A DNA stretch of 63,588 bases, counting the filler, from Choristocarpus tenellus KU-1152 (taxonomy: Eukaryota > Protista > Phaeophyceae): the NCBI GenBank assembly GCA_964200185.2. It is 14 parts of 14 records of this genome, joined end to end, with 100 filler letters (N's around TTAATTAATTAA, not from the genome) between each part and the next. Parts side by side here need not be neighbours in the genome. Positions count along the whole stretch, not along the records: positions 19,595 to 25,112 come from CAXNAD020010546.1; positions 25,213 to 28,047 come from CAXNAD020024332.1; positions 28,148 to 33,538 come from CAXNAD020010941.1; positions 33,639 to 41,495 come from CAXNAD020005485.1; 10 more parts are not named here. One strand, written 5' to 3'. A program made the translations under genes and the position numbers. Positions 24,401 to 37,600 of this stretch are shown here, piece after piece (within the stretch, counting starts at the first letter, position 1; each line of letters opens with the position of its first letter). The notes under the pieces were generated by a model. It saw only the letters and a list, made by a program, of their open reading frames with translations. It did not search any database and was not told the DNA's origin.

Positions 24401-24714
24401 ATATACGCTGATATTTCATCGGGTCAATAGAATGAGCCAATAGGGTGTGCCTTTCCTTAGATTCAATCTCGACATACCTCACCAACTACGTTTGTGCAGT
24501 CCCATCCTGCTCCAATAAACCGCAACTGACTCTTTTTTCCTACTGTTCTTATTGGCTCCTCCTTTGGACTGGAAAAAACAAAAAGGCACTATGTGGGGTA
24601 GCTGCTGGCTGCACAAAGACTTCCATCACAGCACATTTTTCGTTGCAGGCAAACATTGCCGATATCTCTGCCAAGGAAAATGCTCAGGAGACTGCTGTGA
24701 CCCTCTGTGGCATG
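21492..24714 (+). CDS. RUSF1: RUS family (ROOT UVB SENSITIVE, DUF647) protein, 5' part
   Basis: Exons 22254-22332 (FLPNGYPDSVRKEYMEYQMWDTVQ), 22817-22886 (ALCSYLRGVLST..GVGD), 23453-23682 (WVLRDGFGMVGSLLF..DSNIKEWRLFADVINDIG) and 24586-24714 (ALCGVAAGCTKTSITAHF..NIADISAKENAQET). Exons upstream of 22254 are less certain. Confidence 0.92.
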
Positions 24715-25040
24715 GTGAATGATCTATGGTTATGGGATAATTATGACTGTTGATGCGTGTGGGTTTGTTTAAGCTGGTCATATATATGTATGTATATATA
24801 TGTTTTAAGTGAGTGTTGTGTGTTTTTGGCAGGCACTAATACTGCTACTGCACTGTGTGAATATTTTGGTACACCCACTGAGTGTCTTTTTGATCAGTGC
24901 AGGGCACACACCTCTAGGATACAACTAGCACTCATGAACACATCCTCGTGTCCCGGCATGCAATCAAGATCATTGGGGTTTTGGTTTGAATCTGAATACA
25001 AGTGCGGAAGAGGACCCTTGCAGCAATGTTGGCACCCAAG

Positions 25041-25112
<72 letters not shown>

Positions 25113-25212
25113 NNNNNNNNNNNNNNNNNNNNNNNNNNNNNNNNNNNNNNNNNNNNTTAATTAATTAANNNNNNNNNNNNNNNNNNNNNNNNNNNNNNNN
25201 NNNNNNNNNNNN

Positions 25213-25760
25213 ACGTCTGGCTTGACCCCCATTACTCTCTCCATCCCCTCCAGAAGGCATAACGCCTCCTCCCACCTCTCACCGAGATTCAGTGCGTGCA
25301 TGGCTGCATTGAGAGCAGTAACGTTAGGTCGGACGCCTCGCTCCTGCATCATCCTCAGCAAGACCATAGCTTGATCTGCATTGCAACACATAGAGGGGTG
25401 GACAAAAACAGCAATATATATATATATATATATGTATGTCAAGGTTATGCTTGACCATTTGTGAGAATAAGATTCAAAGTTATATTTTATGTACGTGCAG
25501 ACGATGATGATGCGGGGCATTAAGGATGTTTAGGGTTAGGGTATTACTTCACCAGAAGCAATTGACGGAGTGATAAGGGCCGAGGGGTTTCTGACGTGTG
25601 CTGTCATTGCTGTCATTTGGTACTCTGAGTCATTTACTGTAAGGTTTGGTGAGCTCCTTTCTGGTGGTAATGGTGTCTCACTCTCTTCTCAACTGTGATA
25701 CAAGCTAATAAACAATAATATAACTGGTTATGTGGGACAACAGATCGCCAAGGACAGCTT

Positions 25761-25791
<31 letters not shown>

Positions 25792-27694
25792 CATTCCATT
25801 ATTATATATTCATATTTTCCCATGGGGGAGTAGACGTGACTCAAGTGGGACTTGCAAAGTATCGGATGGGCTGTGAAGAGCTTAAGGAGAGCTTAGTGCC
25901 TAGATGCAAGTGTATGTATGTATGTATGTATGAATGTTTTGTGATTGTGGGGGGTTGAGTCAAGGAGATGAATAACTCAATATATATATATGTATGTATA
26001 TCCTACCAAGATCATAGGCTACACTGTTGTCTGATCATGACACCGTCGTACTTTTCATGTTAAAGAAAAGTTAAGGAAATGTTAAGGAAATGTTAAAGAG
26101 TTGGGGAATCACAAGCACATAAAGAAGCTCCAACCTTATCAAAACCATCCAAACAACATCCCCTACACACCCTCACTGCAGTGACTCACTGTCAATACCG
26201 CAGTTACGTCTCTATTCCATACTTTAAAACCTATTAAAACTAAGACACCGGCTATATGCAGAACAAACTATGCAATGCTATATTACACACAGTACACACC
26301 TGGGTTTCCACCCACAGCGCACGCGTGAATGACTGAGGAGTAGATGATAACACCAGGAACCAATCCCTCACCAATCATTGTCTGAAGCAGTGAGACAGAC
26401 ACGCACAAGTTCAAACGCACGAGTTCAAACGTATGCACATGCACTGATGAGCATTAGTACATCTATGGCAAGGTTAGGGTTAGGGTTTGATTCAATCAGC
26501 TCTATGGTTGCAGTCTTCATTCAGACACAATGTCAGTAAAATACACAAAAAAACTAACACCCACAAAGAACGCCTCACACCAGAACATGCCTCTCGCAGA
26601 AAAGAATATATACATACGTACATACATATATATATTTTTTCTCTTGTATTTTAAACCTTTTTTTCCCCAAGTAGGAACTACACCACTGCACTGAGTAACA
26701 GGAAGGAAGGAAGGAAGGAAGGAAGGGGGGAGGGAGGGGGGGGCAAACCCCCCAAACTCCCAACTGCCAGTAACAACAGGAAGAATTATTTAGATTTGAT
26801 CAGCATCAACATTTAAAATAGAAGAACATAGCCTGGAGGGTGGGCCAAAGTATCTGGGGCGGGGGAGGGGTCTACACAAGGATGTCCATTTAGGCCAAAA
26901 TCAGGAAAAGTGCATTTACATTATCCATCCGACTTGTGCTACCAAATCACCCAAAAATCGCAACATGAAAAAATCGACACCAAATGGACAGCCCGCCACC
27001 CCCCTCTCCCCCCCAGATACTTCGAGCCAGTCATCGATTATTCCGGAAACTCTCCCCTAAGCAAAAAATCGGAGGTCAGTGGAGGGTTAAGGACCTAAGT
27101 ATTTACCACTATTGGTACAACAAACCCCCCAATATATCGTCATTAGCTTGATTCCAATGCACAGTCATTCCGCACTGCCAACTAAATCAAAAGCCCGTCG
27201 AAACCGCTGTTCAGCACAGAGCAATAATAATAATAATAATAACAATAATAACTGCAATAATAATAATACCTACTTCATCGTACTCTTGTACATCCAATCC
27301 CACAGCCCCCTCCCTCCCTCAAAAGAAAAAAACCCTATAAAATGTGTCCCCTCACCCAGAGTAGTTCTTCCGCATCCCTCCACTTTCCACTCCTGGCACA
27401 GGCGTTGATAACCGCCCCATACATGGGCTCTTGAGGAACTACTACGCCATCCTCTCGCATGCCTTCCAAGATTGACAACGCCCTTGCATGATCAAGCCCT
27501 GTGGCGCAGGCCACAGCAGCCTGTGCATAGGCATACTGATCTGGGACAGGCCCCTTACCAGTCCGCATGTCCTCCAAGAGATTCAAGGCAGCTTCGAGGT
27601 CTCCCCCCCTTGCGCAGGCGCCCATAGCGGCGGTGTAGCTGGCCACGTCCGGCTCGACCCCGACTAGGCGCATTGAAGTCATCACAGCAGAAGC
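25213..27694 (-). CDS. Pentatricopeptide repeat (PPR) protein, internal exons
   Basis: Exons 27356-27694, 26300-26381 and 25213-25375 in phase, with repeated motifs GVEPDVASYTAAMGACARGG, GLVPGVIIYSSVIHAC and GVRPNVTALNAAM. Confidence 0.92.
26842..27028. mobile_element. MITE family B (~190 bp, G-run TIRs), intronic copy
   Basis: TIR gggccaaagtatctgggg..gtccattt / aaatggac..cccccagatacttcgagcc. A reverse-orientation copy lies at 57370-57552, and further ends at 54321-54366, 60877-60918, 61030-61125 and 63569-63588. No clean TSD seen. Confidence 0.85.
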
Positions 27695-27941
27695 CTATTT
27701 ATGAGTGGAGAGATGAAAGAGGAGAGTGGCTTCGGATCGAGAGGGACGAAGTTGATTCAAGCTTTGAGGGTTAGGGTTTTGAGGAGAGGACTGATTTAGA
27801 GCAGGTACACATAGGAGCAGAGTGTCGATACACTCTAGGACGGGGGTGTCTATTGTAAGGCTTGAGTATGTCTTGGGCAAAAATCATACATCCTCAATAA
27901 AATGTACACTAGCTCGGAGAGCACACAAGCAAACACAAAAC

Positions 27942-27982
<41 letters not shown>

Positions 27983-28629
27983 ACCCCCCCAACCCCCCGC
28001 ATCACCTAAACATGATTTAATACTATATTTGCTACTTTCGCTCACACNNNNNNNNNNNNNNNNNNNNNNNNNNNNNNNNNNNNNNNNNNNNTTAATTAAT
28101 TAANNNNNNNNNNNNNNNNNNNNNNNNNNNNNNNNNNNNNNNNNNNNCCTCCCCCCCGCGTGGGGCCCGACCACCACCCCCCCCCCCCCCCCCCCCCATG
28201 CAAGTGTTAAATAAGTAAAGGAATGGCAAAAGAAGGCACAGAAACAGAAAGAGGTTACCGAGTGGAAATGGAAGGTTTCAGTTACAAAAAATACACAGGG
28301 GGGCATATTGCTGAACATGAAGTATTGTCCATAGTATGAGGTCTGAGGACGAGAGTGAGACTTGAACCAGAAACAATATCGGATTTTACCAATAGGATGT
28401 GGATGTGACTCATGCCTAAGATTGTCAAAGCGATGGGTAGGACATGGAAAAATACACTACAAAGTACCACAACAGCAGGAACTCAGGGGGACTTTTGCAA
28501 AGACAGAAATCACAGAGTACCCATGGCCCACAGCCCACATAAAGGACAACACTCAACAGCATGAAGCCAGGGGCTCCGCCAAAAAAAAAGAAAGTTAGCT
28601 CAAAACAAACCTTCTTCTCCTCCCCTCCT

Positions 28630-31392
28630 TCATTGTTCTTGTGGCTCACCTGTCTGACAAGCGAAAGGAGCACATCAGTAGAACTTCCAACAACATCCGA
28701 CCCGATCTCTGCCAGCCTCGCACTGCACCACACCTGCAACTCTGACTCTGCCCTATGTTGGCCCTCCTAATGCACCACAAACAGTTAACAAGCATTAGTG
28801 AGCACATAAAAACGATCAACAGGGGGTCAAGTGACAAGAGGGATGGGAACAGGGTAGAATGATCAGATGGTGCTGTTGAACACTGCAACTGAAGCACCTC
28901 TGCTTGAACCCATTCAAAAACCGCCACCTTCAGAGTGCCCAGGAAGAAACACCACATTGCACAACCACATATATACATACAATTCTGCACAACCCTTGTC
29001 CTCAGAGGTACAACCCATACCACTCTCTCTTGCTAAAACGCAAACAAATTGAAGAGATCACAGAGTGATAGGCACACACACAGAGTAATAGGCACACACG
29101 GGCATCTAAAACAAATCCACCCAACTTAGCAGGTTACCTTTTTGCCTAACAGGGGAATTGCAGAAATACTAACACCCGAGAAGGATGATTGGAGACACAA
29201 AGCAAAAACACTGTGGTACCCACTGACTAAGATGAATGGGCACCTTGGAGGAGAACGGTACCGCTGCTGAGAGACCTGTTGCTGTCTGTTCAATGCCACC
29301 ACGACCTCCACCCTGCGCCCGCTGCATCAACCTCATCCCATGAAAGAGAGAAGCCACAGGCCAGCGCTCGTCTGGTTCACAACCCTGCACCATGTTCCCA
29401 CAGGGGTCAGAAGAGGGACTACATGGTTGACGACAAAATCATTATGGTCGGGAGTTGTACAAGTATTTGCTTTTTGCTCCTTCCCCCCAGCTCCACTGGT
29501 GATAGCAATGCACACAAATAGAAAACTATCAGATCATTGATGCACTCCTGTGCTGGGAAGTGCTCAAACACCAACAATGATAGACAAAATCTACGGAGGG
29601 TTATAGAGTTGGCAGGGGGCCAGGTAGATCACCATTTGGGGGAGGGAATTGGCATGTGGGAATGGAATAAATACAACAGACCAGCTCATGCCAAGCTCCA
29701 AAGCTCAAGGAGTGATGGGGTGCTGGACAAAGGCCATACACAACGACAATACTACTGGAAATACCTCCTGACTTGCGACAGCATGCTTGGTTTCAACACA
29801 TTTCTACAGCAAGACATGGCAATGCATGTGCCCCAGACATCAGCCACCTACCCTAATATAACAAATGCATTCTTGGACCACTAATCTCAACAATGACCTC
29901 AGACCATGTTAGCTGGGAATGCAATCCATCAGGTCATACATCATGGTCATGTATCTGTGTCTATGATCATTACACCTCCTAGTGTCATTCCCGTCTTGTC
30001 TGAAGCATCATGCGCAGGGTAGGTGCAAGAAGGCCATAATAAAAACTTTGTACATCAAACAAATTCAGGACGAGCTGAGTGCATCATCCCCAACACAATC
30101 TATTGGATATAGTAAAAATAATGCACTTTGAAAATGCCTCACGACCTTGAACTAACACTGCATACTGTATCACGGGCTATTGTACTTGTTGCTATTAACA
30201 CACCACCCTATCATGACTGCTCCACATACCTTTATAACAGAACCTCTATGCTCTATCATTGTCAGCGTAACAGAGCAAATATGAACTGTACCCAAAGGAA
30301 AAGCACAACATTGCCTTGTCTGCCCAATCACAGAAAATGCACATGCTGAAACTAATAACAAGCACCACCCCAGACCTTCCCTGCAGCAATGGCTATGAGA
30401 TGTGGGAAGGACTATGAAGGAGTATTGCACTAACTAGTGTTGGTAACAGTATTAGTATTAGTGTTAGTGTTGCTGCTTCTACATGCCTGGTGGTACTCTC
30501 CATCAAGCTGTAACAAATGGTGGAGTACCCGAGCTAGGAATGCCACAGTCAATGTCCTGGCCTCCAGCTTGGAGTCATCACTCCTCCCAACAATCTCTGC
30601 CTTCTTGACCTGCCCACAAGCAACCTAGATTGACATGCGTGGGAGGTGGCACAATTATGGCAGGCAAGAAAAGTGGACAGTGGGAATTGGCAGTGAGAGG
30701 AAAAAGAAGAGGAAGGAATGCCAATGTCAGTGGAGGAGTGAACAACAGGGGGTATGAGCAGAGTTAGTGACTGGGGTGTTGACAGAGTGAAAATGGTCAT
30801 GTTCATGTTAATACTCCCGTACCTTGAGACAGAATACCAGATGTTCTTTACCACCCAGGCGGCAGAACCGCACTGCCCAGGCAAGAGCCGCCTCCAGACC
30901 TTGTCTGCTGGAAAGATTGACTCTTGCAGTGCAGAAGGCATCGACCACCTTTGTGAGAGTCGGGGTGTTGTGTGTGCAGGTCAACATGCCAGTTAATGGG
31001 AGGGAGGCAGGGTTGTCAGGAAAGGAGGGAGAGGACAGCAAGCTGTGCAAGACATACTCACCCTTGTGGCCTGTGAAATACTTCACACTTTAGACGTTCC
31101 ATGACAGATGATGGCTAGAGTGTAATAACACCATTTATTTATATCACTCATGCCAGAAAACCAAGACCTTCAACACAAGAATCCTGAAGAGTCATCCTTT
31201 TTTCCCCAACCTCTTCTTACTCTCACCCCCTGTCCACCTGATCTCAGGACATTCATTTATAAACCATCACACCTGCAATGAATACAGCATTTTGTATAGA
31301 GAATTAGGATCCAGAAGGGCACCCCACCCTTCTGGCTCAACACGCTGTAGGCCACGCAGTTCCTCCACCAGTGCTTCATCAGACGGCAACGC
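28630..31392 (-). CDS. Unidentified multi-exon protein fragment
   Basis: Exon-like open segments with splice signals near 31327-31392, 30823-30948, 30487-30624, 29261-29384 and 28630-28767. Phases are not fully resolved and no family is recognised. Confidence 0.45.
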
Positions 31393-31801
31393 CTAGATTC
31401 ATTGGAAAACCAGGAATGCATGTGATGGGATGGATTGGTTAGGAAGGGGAGTGAAATGAACGCACAATGTAGAACTACCCAAAAGAAGATTGAAGTCAAG
31501 ATAAGTGTCTTAACAAGTCAGACCTCTCTGCTTGTAGCTGCAGCTGAATCATCTCTATATATAATTGTTCAACCAAAGGCCATCGGATTGTTTGTTGACT
31601 GGTGCAGCAGCAAGGGAAGGTCTGTAGTGTTTTACAACTTCAAGGGATTGGCAGTTGGTAGGGCCTTACCTAAAAAAAGAAGAAGGAAGTGCTCCGACTT
31701 TTGAAATAATGTCTAGTCATTGCATTCCAACTTGAGTGCCCATCAAAGAACTCCCCCCCCCCCCAATCTACAAACCCAAGAAAAAGTTCAGCCCAGATCA
31801 C

Positions 31802-33412
31802 CTGCTGCCTGATGGTGTTGGGCGCCTTGTCCCTACCTTCCCATAGAGTCCAAAGCGCCGGCCCCAGAGCAACTACCGGGACAAGACTCGTCACAAGACA
31901 AACCTGTTAGCACCGAGGACAAGAGAGGTATCCATCCGCATGAGGGGGTGGAATGGATAGTTAGGCGATGTTGGATGGGATGGAGTACAGGCCGGATGAC
32001 ACCGTCAGGGGTTGCAGTACGCGATGCAAGACAACAGATGGGGCTGAGAGTAACGGGGCCAAGCCGAGGAGACCATGGAAACAATTACAGATGTAGCGGT
32101 TCTGCCACATAACTGACTAGTGGCTATCCAGAACAAATCGGAGACAGTACGCAACTGTCTTGGCAAGGCTGTACGGCAGACTTTACGACCAAAGCACGAG
32201 GCTACCTCCAAGCTGACGTCTGAAGAGGTGCAGCTGTTTACGTGGTCCAAGCGGCTTAACAACTATTCTTAACTTGAAGGAACAAGATGCACCGCACCCT
32301 CTCTTAACAACTATTCTGAACTTGAAGGAACAAGATGCACCGCACCCTCTCTTAACAACTATTCTTAACTTGAAGGAACAAGATGCACCGCACCCTCTCT
32401 TAACAACTATTCTTAACTTGAAGGAACAAGGTGCACCGCACCCTCTCTTAACAACTATTCTTAACTTGAAGGAACAAGGTGCACCGCACCCTCTCTTAAC
32501 AACTATTCTTAACTTGAAGGAACAAGATGCACCGCACCCTCTCTTAACAACTATTCTTAACTTGAAGGAACAAGATGCACCGCACCCTCTCTTAACAACT
32601 ATTCTTAACTCCTTGCACTTCTCCACATAGAGCGGAGATCATAGAATAGAAGAGCCAGAAACATAACAGCAAGGATGGATGCGTGCACACCATGCGAGTC
32701 CAATTGACGGAAGCAACACGCACGGCACCAATACTACAATAGTAGAGCATCAAAGTGATTCATATCACTCCTATACACTAGACCCCAGAGGAGTAGCAAT
32801 CGAGGATTTTTTGTGCAGCTCAAGAAGTGCATCTCTTCACACTGCGAGGAAATCACTCAGATCATAACGCATCAAGAAAGGCAACGATTCTTGCCTTCCA
32901 TCTGCTCGGTCACGGTCCAAAACAATCTCTGCATGCATTAGGTGCACTCCTTCAAGTTACCGTCTTAATTCGGCACAGGCACACCCTAGTGCCAACGGAC
33001 CAGGACCTCTTCGTTACACTGAAAACAACCACCTCTCGGGGACGCCTTTTGCCTCCGCATCCACACAACACACAGCCTCTTTCAAAAGAGGACATACCAC
33101 ATTTCAACTCTGTGTACCACCGCACGCTCATTGATACCCTGCCAATCCAGTCAGTCGCATTGAAGACAAGCACAAGACCCAAATTGTTTTAAAAGAGAGC
33201 GCTGGAGTAGAATTGACAAATATATTCAACATCTCCCACAAGCCCTGCAAACAAACCTGCTGGAAGCTAAGCCCCCAGCCCCACTCGTCCGCATTGTACA
33301 GCAAGGCACCCCCCAGGCACCCCACCACACTGCCTGCAAATCGAATTGCGTAGCAGGCAGCTTGAAGTTGACCCTTCTCATCGCCCACCTCTTGCCTCGC
33401 CCGCTCCACCAC
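31802..33412 (-). CDS. Folate-biopterin transporter (BT1/FBT, MFS) family, two internal exons
   Basis: Exon 33257-33412 VVERARQE..KGQLQAACYAIRFAGSVVGCLGGALLYN..WGWGLSFQQ, and exon 31802-31903 VCLVTSLVPVVALGPALWTLWE..IRQQ. Confidence 0.75.
32255..32610. repeat. 48-bp tandem repeat, 7 full copies plus 20 bp, near-identical
   Basis: Unit cttaacaactattcttaacttgaaggaacaagatgcaccgcaccctct; about 3 substitutions visible across the array; lies inside the BT1 intron. Confidence 0.97.
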
Positions 33413-33638
33413 CTTGTTCACAACCGGGCAGGGGCAGGGGAGGGGGAGGAGGAGGGGGGGGGGGGGGGGAGAGGGGAGAATTCCAAGGGAGCCGGGGGCC
33501 CCCAAAAAAAAAAAAAAAGGAAGGAGGGTCAGGGGGACNNNNNNNNNNNNNNNNNNNNNNNNNNNNNNNNNNNNNNNNNNNNTTAATTAATTAANNNNNN
33601 NNNNNNNNNNNNNNNNNNNNNNNNNNNNNNNNNNNNNN

Positions 33639-33681
33639 CCTCAAATGGATGTGGCTCTTACCCTCTAAGATACTTTGACTC
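33639..33681. mobile_element. MITE family A end at contig start
   Basis: aaatggatgtggctcttaccctctaagatactttgactc is the reverse complement of the family A left end. Confidence 0.75.
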
Positions 33682-34695
33682 TTGTTCCACCCCTGCTGAT
33701 ATGAAGTGTGCAACCCAAAACTTCACCCCCCCCAACATCACTCAGAACAATATATTATGGAAAACATAATGAAATATTTGAATTGTCTGCCACTAATTTC
33801 TAGTAGTACAGTCCTTGACAGTGAATAGTGGCTGCAATTTCAGTGCCTTGCTCTATGGGACCTACTCCAGCTCTGTGATATATGTGTCCAAAGGGGAAAG
33901 GGAAAGTGGAGGGCTCGCTCAGGCAGAGTAATTTAACCCAGAAGCATGGACTACGATAATTGACACGCACTTCTATCAGATAGGATCCTATACATAAATA
34001 TTGAAACAGGTGAAGGCATACACACCACACCCAGACATGAAACAAAACACTCCAATGTGTATTCTCCTTTGATACCTTATTTTTTTCCCCCGTGGGAAAA
34101 GAATTAAAGGATGGATGAGTGTTCTCAAATTGTAAATCGTTTGTTTGGGTTCTCTAAATTTATGATAAATATCTAAATATACATATACATATGCATATAA
34201 TTTTGAACTATTCAAGATAAATGAGGAGCATTTTTTGCATATTATGCTGTCTGCAATGATGAAGATCAACAAGGATTTGATCCATCACTGTACTGCATCT
34301 AAAATGGTAGAACGTACACTAATAGTGCATCTAAAACCATGTGGGTGAGCCACGAAAACTATCCAGGGTACTCAAGCAAGTAAAAAGGACATGGGTGAAT
34401 AGACTGATGGGAGGTAGGTCCCTATTCCGTTAGTGCATTCCAGTATTTAGCTCATCCTTCGCCCATCATCCACAACTTACAAAGATAACCTGTTAAGACC
34501 CAGTCCATATTCTAAGTACATGAAAGACACACCCGCAATGCACTCACAAAACACACAACCATACAGAGCCAAAGACTAAAGAAACACAGGTCACACCAAT
34601 ACATCTACTATATCAAAGTGTATGCTTCCACAAGGTGATGCGCATGCATAACACACATAACACAAGATGCTAAGATCATGGTCCAAGCTTCTCAC

Positions 34696-37600
34696 CATCT
34701 TCTTTTTGGTTACCTTCGCCCATCCAGAGCGCTCTCCCTCCCTCCTCCCAAGTGTACCACTCCCCAACCTGTCAACACTGTCCCCCAAACCCTCGTACAC
34801 GCTGCTTCCAATCTTTGGTCTACGCTGAATCATATCCCCAAGCACCTCTGTATCTGCAGATGGAGTAGATGCTCGCATGGCCACCTCTTCCAGCTCTCGT
34901 GTCACATCCTCAAGTCTCGATCGCAAGAATATTGCCCCAATTTGCTCTTTGCACCATTCCTTGCCACTCTCCTCGCCCCCCCTGCTCTCTCCCCCTTCAA
35001 AAGGTTGACTAAAGGCTCTGGCAGCCTGCAGGTCAGCTGCCAAGTGCTTGCACTTCTCCCGGAGAGCTTGCACCTATATATGAGGAGTGGCACATTGTGT
35101 GAATTTGATGTATATACTTGCGCCATGCACAAAACAGAAACCCCTATGCAAAGGTTTGCTCTCTATAGAAGTACGTGTTGATGGTAGACCCACAAGGGTC
35201 CCGAAACCTGGATCAGGGGAGAAAATACATCTACTTCTGCACATCCAGGCACGGTACCATGTTGTCCTGCGAGAAGAGTAGGAAGTAATAAACTAATAAC
35301 ACAAATAATTAAGAAAACAAGAGTACACCAACAGTAAATGTAAATTGATTACCCATACTTCCACTTCCCAAGAGAGCTGAAGTTGCCCACAAGAGACCTC
35401 AGTCTTTGCCCCAACAGGGTAAGTAGAATAAATCTAGAGTGCTACGCATTGCACAAATTCTCTCAGAGCCTTGAGAGCTCTGAGGGCATTCCAGCATTTC
35501 ATGGGGGGTTTCAATGTTTCTCCTTCTAGTCAAGGGACAACGAATGTGTTGGTAGTATTTGAGGTGTCATGACTTTCTTGACATCCTATTACACCCAACA
35601 ATGTGCTATAGCTGGGTTTTCCACACCACATCTCTCTGCAAGCACACTCCCTTGTAGTCAGCCCATTTCAACAACCCAGAAAGGCTTTGTGCTCTTCAGA
35701 CAAACATCACAGCAGTGTGAAATTTTTGGCCCTAAATTTTGCTTGTTGGTCGATGCCAAGTCAAACGAGGTGTTCTGAAGGTGCAGGCCTTCTGTGAGAC
35801 TTAAATGCGTTGTACACCCTGTCCAATTTGTTGCACTCCATGCCCTTCTTGTTGGAATATATCAGGTGGTAAGCAATACTCAATCTGAAGAACCTCTCCA
35901 CAATTACTCGGGACAGCCCCCCTTCCTTCTTGAGATTCACTGTTTGAACAAGGTTGTGTCCTCCTTATATATTCTGGAGAGCTCAAATGCCCTCACACTG
36001 TTTACAGATGATAATCCCATGTACCTACCTCAACAGTGTGTATGGTACCCACTCACGATTGTGTCCTAAAGCTTCTCACTCATGTATCATGTAGATGTGC
36101 TTCCACAACCTTGCCCCTCATTGACCTCCATTCATTGTAGTGTAGGGATGAAATTCTTGACTCTTTGAGCATGAGCATGAGTTCAAGACACTCATGAAAT
36201 CGAGATGAACTTTCAGTTTTTGGATTTTTGGGGTAGCTGATACCATCATGGTGAACACAGTCATCCCCTGCTTCTTCAAGATCCACAACCATATGGAGCA
36301 AAGGATTATAAACTCCTCTTAAGCTGAGCATGGACCATCTTTTTGCTGCTAGTGGGTCCACTGATGTAGACCACTGATGTAGACCCCATGCTGCTTTCTT
36401 GGTTGTTTTACTCCCTCCACGACTTTGTATGGGCAGGGGGACAAGTGGTTCCCTTCATTCTGTCCATATATGTATGAACTTTGGGGAGTGACTATGGCTA
36501 AGTGTACCTTATATCAACCAATGCAGTTCAGTCCAAACCCAAGCCAGAACTGTGAAACAACCCAATTCTCCTCTCATTCCATACCTGCTCCTCCCTCTCA
36601 TCCTTGACATGCTGCAGTTCACTCACCAAGCGCCACATCTCCTCTTGCCCCACACCTGATTGCGCAGATATGCTTAACCTTCCATCAAACATTGGCTGCC
36701 ATCTACTCTCCAACTGATTCAAACGAGAGGTGGTGCAACCATGTGATTTTTCGTTGGTATGCATACTGAAGTAAGGCTAATTCGTGTATGCGGGTGAGAA
36801 GGGGGAGATGCATGCTCGCTCATGCATGCTTTACAAAGTGCCATGACTTGTTTAACAGTTGGCCATGCAAACAACTGAGATAAAACAAACTGCCTACAAT
36901 CACACACTACTCTACTGGAAGGCACTCCTGGACAACAGACAGAACGGGCAAATGGGAAGTATTAAATGCCCACATACTAACACAAGGGGATCAAGATTCT
37001 GTATAGGAATGTACCATGTACCCTCTCTATTTTCCATCTCACTCAAGGATGAAAGCAATAAGTTCCCTCACGTTAACAGCAGCTTTGGTAAATTGTGATG
37101 TAACTCAATGCCACCCCTCTTACCATATTAGTCTTATCAGGTCGGACAGGGTATTCCAACATGAAATAACCCACCCACCAATCTACAGCCCAATATCTGT
37201 GAAACAAAACACAGAAAATCTGCACAGTACCATTATTTCATCGATGTTTATAATATAGAGGAAAAAACCCAGTTTGACACAATACCTAAATTTCTTGTGC
37301 CGTTCGCCTCTCCATATCAAGCTCGTGGGTCGTAGTTTAGACACACGAGAAGCACCCATATTGAACTCTATATATCTATCGGACAGGTTGACAATACACA
37401 TAACGGTCACAAGTAAGCACCTGCAAACGGCCCTCCAACTCCTTTAGACACTCTTCCCGCTCCATAGCCCTCCTGCCAGCTGCCTCCAGCTCCTCCTCCA
37501 GAGCCTTCCTCTCAACCTCCAGCCTCTCCACCCAACGCTCTGCTGCCGCTGCATGCTGATCTGCTGCCAGTATCCGTTGCTCTGCTGCTGCCATCACCCT

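Noticed and set aside
24757-25168. Poly-proline ORFs and TH/CV repeat ORFs (also 16390-16628 and 27822-28103)
   Set aside because: They are translations of homopolymer and microsatellite runs at contig ends.
32255-32610. CRISPR array
   Set aside because: Units are contiguous and near-identical with no unique spacers, there are no cas genes, and the context is a eukaryotic intron.
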